Source: Candidatus Woesebacteria bacterium RBG_16_42_24 (GTDB lineage Bacteria; Patescibacteriota; Microgenomatia; UBA8517). From it: a DNA stretch of 64,000 nt. The position numbers and the translations under genes are program-made. Positions 57,838 through 64,000 of the stretch are shown piece after piece. The stretch is taken from NCBI GenBank assembly GCA_001792115.1, contig MGFX01000001.1, positions 304,705 through 368,704 on the forward strand, in the 5' to 3' direction. Position 1 is the stretch's first letter; each line of letters starts with the position of its first letter. The notes under the pieces were generated by a model that saw nothing but the letters and a program-made list of their open reading frames with translations, was not told the origin of the DNA and made no database searches.

Positions 57838-58260
57838 CTATTTGGGTTCACTAAAGTAAAGAATTGTCAGTTCCCTACCGCAATAAATCGGAATATCTAA
57901 TGGTGAATGTTCGCACAGCATTCCTCCTAAGCCCCATCTAGACCGAATCCTACCATTTTCAGTTATCCTACCAAGATGAACCGTCGATCTGCTTCTGGTA
58001 TTGAAATAAATTGCTACATCACCTATTTTAGGGGAGTTTCTAATCTCCCAAGAGGAGATTACTTTTGTAAGAATATCTCTTGGATATATTGATGGTGGAA
58101 AAGCGGTTTCATAACAGCTCTCACCCACAGCGCTTTCTTTCTCAACAACTTCAATGCCCATTTTCCAAAGACCGGTGTAGTTATGAGCTGTAACAAGTTC
58201 ACTAATTGCATTTCTACGCGAATCTAGTTCTAAATCTGAAAATGCTTGTGTTTCTGTCAT
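57838..58260 (-). CDS. Hypothetical protein with possible NlpC/P60-like Cys-His arrangement (probable start MTETQ)
   Basis: SCYETAF...GDVAIYF...HLGRI...SRWGLG...H. Confidence 0.5.
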   Translation of the reverse strand: MTETQAFSDLELDSRRNAISELVTAHNYTGLWKMGIEVVEKESAVGESCYETAFPPSIYPRDILTKVISSWEIRNSPKIGDVAIYFNTRSRSTVHLGRITENGRIRSRWGLGGMLCEHSPLDIPIYCGRELTILYFSEPK

Positions 58261-58388
58261 TTGCTGTGGGACTTGGATTCCCCATATAACTTTTACTTCT
58301 CGCCACGAACTTAGTTTGTGCGCTCGAAGAGCAAGCATACGGGGCAAGCGAACCAGGATTAACAGGTTCTTGCCCGCTAGGGCCTGAG

Positions 58389-58459
58389 CTGGGAGGCTTG
58401 GATTCGAACCAGGATTCTACGCTCCAGAGGCGTATGTCCTACCGTTAGACGACCTCCCA
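58389..58459 (-). tRNA. tRNA-Gln(CTG), CCA not encoded
   Basis: TGGGAGG/CCTCCCA acceptor, TACGC-CTCTGGA-GCGTA anticodon arm, GGTTCGAATCC T arm (one C.A mismatch). Confidence 0.93.
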
Positions 58460-58614
58460 GCTCAAGTCCCAGCGATGGCCGGCGGGCCCGCAATGACAGT
58501 GAAATTATACCAGAAAATGAGGCTATTTGCTTACAAACAAAATCACCCGCCCACCAGAATTGCTACGCAATACGATGCGGGACTTCTCCGCTCATGGTGA
58601 GTGTAAACGAACCA

Positions 58615-58642
58615 TTGACATTTAAATTTAATATCCTAAAAT
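58615..58642 (+). promoter_or_regulatory. Promoter with ATG 6 nt after the -10 box
   Basis: TTGACA-16 nt-TAAAAT. Confidence 0.7.
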
Positions 58643-58648
58643 CTGGCC

Positions 58649-59203
58649 ATGCTAGCTGAAATACGAAATGGGGATTTGACTGGCTTATTGCAGCGAAGGG
58701 CTGAGTCGCAAAGTCAAGCAGCCAGAGAGAAAGACTTTAGACAACAAGTATACGAAAGAATTAAGGGCGTTTTAAGCAAGGCAGAGAAAATATTGAATAA
58801 CTTTTCTGTTGTTCCCCCCGAGAGGGGAGGCGACCCCGGTCGTGTTTCACAGCCGCACCGTTTAAGCCCCCCAGTTTCTTTTACAAATGAAAATCAAGTA
58901 GTACAAGTGAGACTTAGGGAGTTGGTGCAAGGCCACGGTTACAAAACCAGACGCTACTTGATGGACCCCGATCATGCCGAAGAGGCTCGTTCGAGGTATG
59001 GCGTACGTGTTGAGCTGGTTGATGATTCTCTTCCCCAAGGAGATAGAATCCTTTTTGATCTACACCCCCACATGATTAAGACTTGGGATGGCAGACAACT
59101 GCAATGGAGGAAAGGCGAAGCTCCCGACCTTCATGAGATTGAAGTAGTAGAGATGCTTGTTGAACAGATAGGGAAGAAACTTCCTACACCTCAAAGGGTT
59201 TGA
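58649..59203 (+). CDS. Hypothetical protein
   Basis: 184-aa ORF directly behind a consensus promoter. Confidence 0.7.
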   Translation: MLAEIRNGDLTGLLQRRAESQSQAAREKDFRQQVYERIKGVLSKAEKILNNFSVVPPERGGDPGRVSQPHRLSPPVSFTNENQVVQVRLRELVQGHGYKTRRYLMDPDHAEEARSRYGVRVELVDDSLPQGDRILFDLHPHMIKTWDGRQLQWRKGEAPDLHEIEVVEMLVEQIGKKLPTPQRV

Positions 59204-59210
59204 TTCTCTT

Positions 59211-60416
59211 TTACTTCCCCACAAAAAGAATTACATTCGGTAAGTCTCTTCCGGGGCCGACTTTATAACCCCCGCTCCATAATGCCGTCGAGCCGCCGTC
59301 GTCCAGATTCAGTGCGTTTTCCATACCCAAGGTTTTCATAACTCGGGCCGATTCTGCGACTGTTGCGGAGTGGACAACTCCTATATAGATAGTGTTTCCT
59401 TTATTGGCCACAAAACTTCTATTTCCTTTGCTCCCTTTTTTGGGGTCGTCGTCCCCGCCGAAGGATATATTTCCGCCTGAAACCAAAAGCGGGTAATTGG
59501 AAAGCATGCTGTCGATTCCCGTATCCCTGCCCCATTGTGAAGCTGCACCAACAAAACGAATATAACCGCTTCCAAAAATTACGGCCGGATTATTTGAATA
59601 GACATTGTTGTCCGAATTAAAGTAAGTTTTATTTTTGTTCATGACAAGAAGGTCAAAAGAGTTGGTTTTACCGGCACAAGAGGGATAGGTGGCCGGACAA
59701 AAATAGGATCCGTTGACTCCAGCATAAGCACCACTTCTTGAAACATAAGTGGCCAAGGGGAGAACGGGGCAATTATCAGTGCAGGTTCCATCCGATGCCG
59801 TATCGACAATTACTTTCGTCGAACCTAAGTCAGCGGCGATGAGGGAAACCATAAAGACTCCTGCGTCGGAGGAAACTTGCTGTCGGGAATAGCCTGAGCC
59901 CGGTGGCGCATTAGATGTCGGAATATTTTGCGGGACTACCACAACTACGGCCGCAAGTTTTGCCTCTTCTTCGTCGATTTGTTTATTTAAACTGGCTAAA
60001 GTGGTTGATGCCTCGGGGTAATTTTGTTTGGAAAGAAGGACCAAGCTTTTGGTAAAAAGCTCATCTAAATCTTCTGTATCGTCGGTCGATTCCTTTAGTT
60101 TCAGAAGTTCCTCATAAGTAGAAACCGCAGAGGAATAGGTAGTTTCAATATTTTTAATATTATCTTTAAGCTCGAGATTGATTTTTACTTGGTCTTGATT
60201 TTTTATCTCATTGAGCTCCGAGGAGGTTTTTGAGAGTTCTTCCGTTAGGGTAGCTTTTTCTTTTTGGAGGTTCGCCAGGGAATTTCCTAAAGTTACGGTT
60301 TTATAGCCCAAAAAACCTATTGTGGCTAGAACAGCAACCCCCAAAATCTTCAATGGGATTTTGGGAAAAGGAGGTGTAGGAAGCGTGATATTCGGCAGCT
60401 TGAAATTTAACTTCAC
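59211..60416 (-). CDS. Phosphodiester glycosidase (NAGPA-like) with TM and coiled-coil stalk
   Basis: GVNGSYF, NRSFVA, ALNLDDGGSTAL, RDLPNVI. Confidence 0.88.
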   Translation of the reverse strand: MKLNFKLPNITLPTPPFPKIPLKILGVAVLATIGFLGYKTVTLGNSLANLQKEKATLTEELSKTSSELNEIKNQDQVKINLELKDNIKNIETTYSSAVSTYEELLKLKESTDDTEDLDELFTKSLVLLSKQNYPEASTTLASLNKQIDEEEAKLAAVVVVVPQNIPTSNAPPGSGYSRQQVSSDAGVFMVSLIAADLGSTKVIVDTASDGTCTDNCPVLPLATYVSRSGAYAGVNGSYFCPATYPSCAGKTNSFDLLVMNKNKTYFNSDNNVYSNNPAVIFGSGYIRFVGAASQWGRDTGIDSMLSNYPLLVSGGNISFGGDDDPKKGSKGNRSFVANKGNTIYIGVVHSATVAESARVMKTLGMENALNLDDGGSTALWSGGYKVGPGRDLPNVILFVGK

Positions 60417-60577
60417 ACTCTAAATCTTACACAAAAAATATGAAAGTGGAAAGATTGATTATTATGGGGTGAAAGAGTATACTTTCCGAGCCTAGATTGG
60501 GTGGGCGACCCGGTTTGGGTGAACATTTACACAGCTTCGAAATACAAATCCTTGATAAGGGAAAGGGAGATACAGCC

Positions 60578-61308
60578 GTGACAGCACAATCGGGTCGTTT
60601 CTCGAATGTCAGAACGAGGGCCGTACAGCTCTGGAAGGCTATCAAGATCGCAGGGGTTGTCGTGTTGGCTGGCTTTGCTCTTTTTGGGGCAGGGACGGCC
60701 TACGCCGAGACCCGACCTAAGGAACCCGTCGACCCGTATGCCCAGATCCGGCAGGTTTCAGGACTTGCCGTCGACATTGGGCAAGAGGGGAAACCCCTCG
60801 ATGGTGTGCCAGATCTTCTGGTTGTGGTCACCAGGGTGACAGGAGTTCTCGAGAACATCGATGACGGGACCTTCACTCTGCAAGTGGAAGCGGTGACCAT
60901 ACCCCCTTTACCATAGCACCGCCCGAACCGGTTGCTGAGTCCATCTCTGCCGCTGGCTCAACAGCTCAATCTGGAAATTACGTCCAGGTTCGGGTCTCGC
61001 ACTACTGGCCTCCATGGGGTCGGCGCAACTGCCTGATCTACATAGGGGATCCACCAAACGGTACTTGCGTGAGCAAGGTTTGGGAAGGAACCCAGGAGTG
61101 GGAGCAATGGGCGTTAGTTGGAATTGCCTGCCCAATGGAGTGGGAGCTTGGGACACGGCTTGTAATTGCCGGCCGTGAATGGACCTGCATGGACCATGGA
61201 GGAGCAACTGTCTACCAAGACGATATCCCGTGGATCGACATGCTGACCCCCGAGCTTCTATTTCCCCACGGAACAATCGTGGAAGCAACTATCTATCCGC
61301 CTAACTAA
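60578..61308 (+). pseudogene. Secreted 3D/DPBB-like protein split by a -1 frameshift near 60904-60910 (recoded gene, pseudogene or sequence error)
   Basis: Signal-peptide ORF stops at 60916; the -1 frame continues open to 61308 with SHYWPPWG..NC, IACP...GTRLVIAG...CMDHGGA...WIDML. Confidence 0.65.
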
Positions 61309-61393
61309 CGAAGCTGTCTCGCCCGGGGGCGAAATTGACCCAATACAGGTTGAAAGTAGCCCCCATCACGTTTCTTGTATACTTAAGTAGGTT

Positions 61394-62554
61394 GTGAGAA
61401 GTTTAATTATCTTCCTAATAATTTTATTGGTGGTTCTTACCGCAGGCTATTTTTTTGTAAAGAACAAGTTAGGCATTAACCCCCAGGTCGCTGTCTCCCT
61501 TATTAATCCTCCCAAAACTGAATATATAAAATTGGGTCCTCAAGGGGAGGATTTGCCGTTCCCGCTAACAGTTCCCGAAGGCTATCAAATTGGTGTTTTT
61601 GCAAAACTTGAAGGAGCCCTTCCTAGGGTTCTAGCTATTGATCCTGCCGGAGTACTATTTGCCTCGGTTCCGGCAAGAGGAAGAATACTGGTATTACCTG
61701 ATAAAGATAAAAACGGGATTGCAGATAACGTAATGGTAATTCTCTCCGGACTTAATAGTCCCCATGGAATAGCATTTGCCGACAATAGTTTGTACGTAGC
61801 CGAGACAGACAAGGTAGTAAGATACGAATACGACCAACAGAACTTTCTAACGGGAAGGCAAGAAACCCTTTTTACATTGCCAACAGGCGGAAGACATTTC
61901 ACCCGGACAATACGAATAATCGGTGGAAAGCTCTACACTTCAGTTGGGTCCCCTTGTGATACATGTCGCGAGAACGACGAGAAACGCGCTGCGATGCTTG
62001 TTTCCGATTTGGACGGCAAAAATTTAAGAGTGTATGCTCGGGGTTTAAGAAACACTGTTTTTTTTGTGGAGGGGGCGGGCGGGATTATCTGGGGGACAGA
62101 TATGGGAAGGGACTTTTTGGGTGATAATCTCCCCCCCGACGACATAAACATTATCGAGGATGGGAAAGATTACGGATGGCCATTCTGTTATGGAGATAAA
62201 ATTAGGGATTCTAAGTTTGAGCCGGGACAAAATGCCGATTACTGCTTAGGAACTACCCCTCCTGTATTTGCTCTCCCAGCCCACGTTGCCCCTTTGGGAC
62301 TAACTTTCATGGACGGGGACCTATTGGTTTCCCTGCACGGGTCTTGGAATTCGTCTGTTCCCGTCGGCTATAAGGTTGTGAGGTTGAATGTTGAGGGACG
62401 AAAAGTTTCAAATATGGAGGATTTTATAACCGGGTTTATTAAAGGGAGCAGCGTATCGGGAAGACCGGTAGACTTGATTGTTGACGGTGACGGGAGGCTT
62501 TTTGTTTCAGACGATAAAGCAGGCTTAATCTACGTGATAACCAAAACCGAATAA
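61394..62554 (+). CDS. PQQ-dependent glucose/sorbosone dehydrogenase-family beta-propeller
   Basis: LNSPHGIAF, HFTRTI, GLRN, DYGWP, AHVAPLG, HGSWN, GRPVD. Confidence 0.92.
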   Translation: MRSLIIFLIILLVVLTAGYFFVKNKLGINPQVAVSLINPPKTEYIKLGPQGEDLPFPLTVPEGYQIGVFAKLEGALPRVLAIDPAGVLFASVPARGRILVLPDKDKNGIADNVMVILSGLNSPHGIAFADNSLYVAETDKVVRYEYDQQNFLTGRQETLFTLPTGGRHFTRTIRIIGGKLYTSVGSPCDTCRENDEKRAAMLVSDLDGKNLRVYARGLRNTVFFVEGAGGIIWGTDMGRDFLGDNLPPDDINIIEDGKDYGWPFCYGDKIRDSKFEPGQNADYCLGTTPPVFALPAHVAPLGLTFMDGDLLVSLHGSWNSSVPVGYKVVRLNVEGRKVSNMEDFITGFIKGSSVSGRPVDLIVDGDGRLFVSDDKAGLIYVITKTE

Positions 62555-63291
62555 TGGACATCCTCTCCGCGGCACTTTTGGGACTTATCCAGGGCTTAAC
62601 CGAATTTCTTCCGGTTTCCTCCTCGGGGCACTTGGTTTTAGCCCAAAGCTTGATTCCCGGATTCACCCAGCCGGGGGTACTTTTCGACGTGGTTTTACAC
62701 TTCGGAACGACTTTTGCCGTTTTATATTATTTTGCAAAAAAGATTCTTGCCTTAGACAGGAAATATTTGATTCTTCTTGCGATAGGAACAATACCCGCAG
62801 GACTTATCGGATACTTTTTTCAATCTCAACTCGAGGCAATGTTTGGAAACGTTAGTTGGGTGGCAATTGAACTTATCATTACCGGAATTCTAAACCTAAT
62901 AATTGATAAACTTCCGAGTAGGAAAGCCGTTATTTCAATTAAAAATTCTTTTCTAATAGGTGTCGCCCAGGCAGTTGCCATAATTCCGGGAATTTCCCGC
63001 TCGGGAGCAACCATTTTTACCGGAGTCAGTTTAGGAATAAGCAAAAGAGAGGCGGCAGAGTTTTCTTTCCTCCTGTCCGTCCCTGCAATTTTGGGCGCAA
63101 ACCTTCTTCAAATTATGACTCATGGATTTGATAACGGCATTGCCGTGAACTCCTATATGGTAGGACTTATCGTTTCTTTTATCGTAGGGCTAGCTTCAAT
63201 ATCGCTCGTTTTTAAATTTCTAGAGGAAGGCAAATTCAAGGTATTCGGAATTTACAGTATTCTTTTGGGAGCCTTGGTTTTGATTATTTAA
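62554..63291 (+). CDS. uppP: Undecaprenyl-diphosphatase BacA
   Basis: QGLTEFLPVSSSGH, PGISRSG, AEFSFLL. Confidence 0.97.
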   Translation: MDILSAALLGLIQGLTEFLPVSSSGHLVLAQSLIPGFTQPGVLFDVVLHFGTTFAVLYYFAKKILALDRKYLILLAIGTIPAGLIGYFFQSQLEAMFGNVSWVAIELIITGILNLIIDKLPSRKAVISIKNSFLIGVAQAVAIIPGISRSGATIFTGVSLGISKREAAEFSFLLSVPAILGANLLQIMTHGFDNGIAVNSYMVGLIVSFIVGLASISLVFKFLEEGKFKVFGIYSILLGALVLII

Positions 63292-63652
63292 GGAGACTAA
63301 TTAACTTGGGCAGAAAAAGAGCGACTCCGACGGCAACAGAGGTTATGGCTGAGACAAGTACCCCCGCTGCCATTACGTCTTTTGCCTTTTTAGCTAGTGG
63401 ATGAATCTCCGGATTTATTAGATTGAGGGTGTCCTCCAAAGAGGTATTAATAAGCTCAACCACCAAAACGAAGGAGATTGTAAAGAGAAGAAGTAGCCAC
63501 TCGGTAGCCGAAAATCCCAGAAACATGGCAAAAAGTAGAGTAAGTATTGCAATCCCCGAGTGGATTTTGAAATTTGGCTCATCGCGAAATGCGGTTTTAA
63601 TTCCCTCGAAAGCGTAGTAAAAACTCTTAAAAAATGAAGTTTGGGGTCTCAT
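63284..63652 (-). CDS. dgkA: DgkA family diacylglycerol/undecaprenol kinase
   Basis: SFYYAFEG, EPNFKIH, ELINTSLE, AKDVMAAGV. Confidence 0.93.
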   Translation of the reverse strand: MRPQTSFFKSFYYAFEGIKTAFRDEPNFKIHSGIAILTLLFAMFLGFSATEWLLLLFTISFVLVVELINTSLEDTLNLINPEIHPLAKKAKDVMAAGVLVSAITSVAVGVALFLPKLISLLK

Positions 63653-63708
63653 ATCTAAAGTATAAGAGAGAGTTCATAGGAAGGCAAAAGTTGTGGTACG
63701 ATTAGCTA

Positions 63709-64000
63709 ATGGCCAAGCGAAAGCTCTTTGCTCCCTTTTTAATATTACTTTTGGCGGCGGTACTTTTTGCGATAAGTATTCTAGTTGGATCCGCCAGAAA
63801 AACTGCGAGGACTGCCATGGCTTGTACAACCTCTGATTTTTCAGGAAATTTCGAAACAACCGATTCTTTGGCGATTTTTGAAGGGAAACGATTTGGAGTT
63901 CCGAAAGATTTCGCGTCTTCCGAAACCGAACCTATCTTGGGAGTAACAGCCAATGGTGAGCGCTATATTGAGGTCGACCTTTCAGAACAAAAGTTACGTG
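63709..64000 (+). CDS. Probable L,D-transpeptidase (YkuD family), 5' part, runs off the window; not in the ORF track
   Basis: MAKRKLFAPFLILLLAAVLF... signal/TM, ending ERYIEVDLSEQKLR; TGGTACGAT 6 nt before the ATG. Confidence 0.75.
   Translation, partial: MAKRKLFAPFLILLLAAVLFAISILVGSARKTARTAMACTTSDFSGNFETTDSLAIFEGKRFGVPKDFASSETEPILGVTANGERYIEVDLSEQKLR

Noticed and set aside
53700-59203. Prophage
   Set aside because: No integrase, terminase, capsid or tail genes
1-64000. Alternative genetic code (UGA=Gly) or selenoproteins
   Set aside because: Conserved genes end at TGA at their expected lengths and none needs readthrough

Overview
Bacterial chromosomal window in standard code 11 (rpsK, rpsI, recX and secF all end in TGA). 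Gene content and style point to a Patescibacteria/CPR genome, probably Microgenomates; this is an inference. The backbone is housekeeping: the end of the alpha operon plus rplM-rpsI, recA-recX-rny-hup, an ABC-2 transporter, miaA, RNase P RNA, a type IV pilus cluster, comM, dtd, nth, secDF, cca, recJ, rel, aspS, dacA, gltX, uppP, dgkA and a partial L,D-transpeptidase. tRNA-Pro(GGG) and tRNA-Gln(CTG) each sit beside a small accessory islet. The most notable locus lies directly behind the major pilin (27956-32789). It comprises a divergent GNAT-fold acyltransferase-like gene (LuxI/FeeM-like), an Rv1355c/MoeY-like ThiF adenylase, a multi-TM sensor histidine kinase and a stand-alone receiver, and is a candidate make-and-sense small-molecule signalling system. 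Other observations: a two-copy structured element whose inner hairpin differs between copies, REP-like palindromes and heptamer arrays inserted in frame in housekeeping proteins, a RAYT transposase with its own REPs, a split 3D-domain gene at a C_CCT_TTA heptamer, several unexplained structured RNA candidates, and frequent near-leaderless promoters. All family calls come from motif recognition by eye; no database searches were run.
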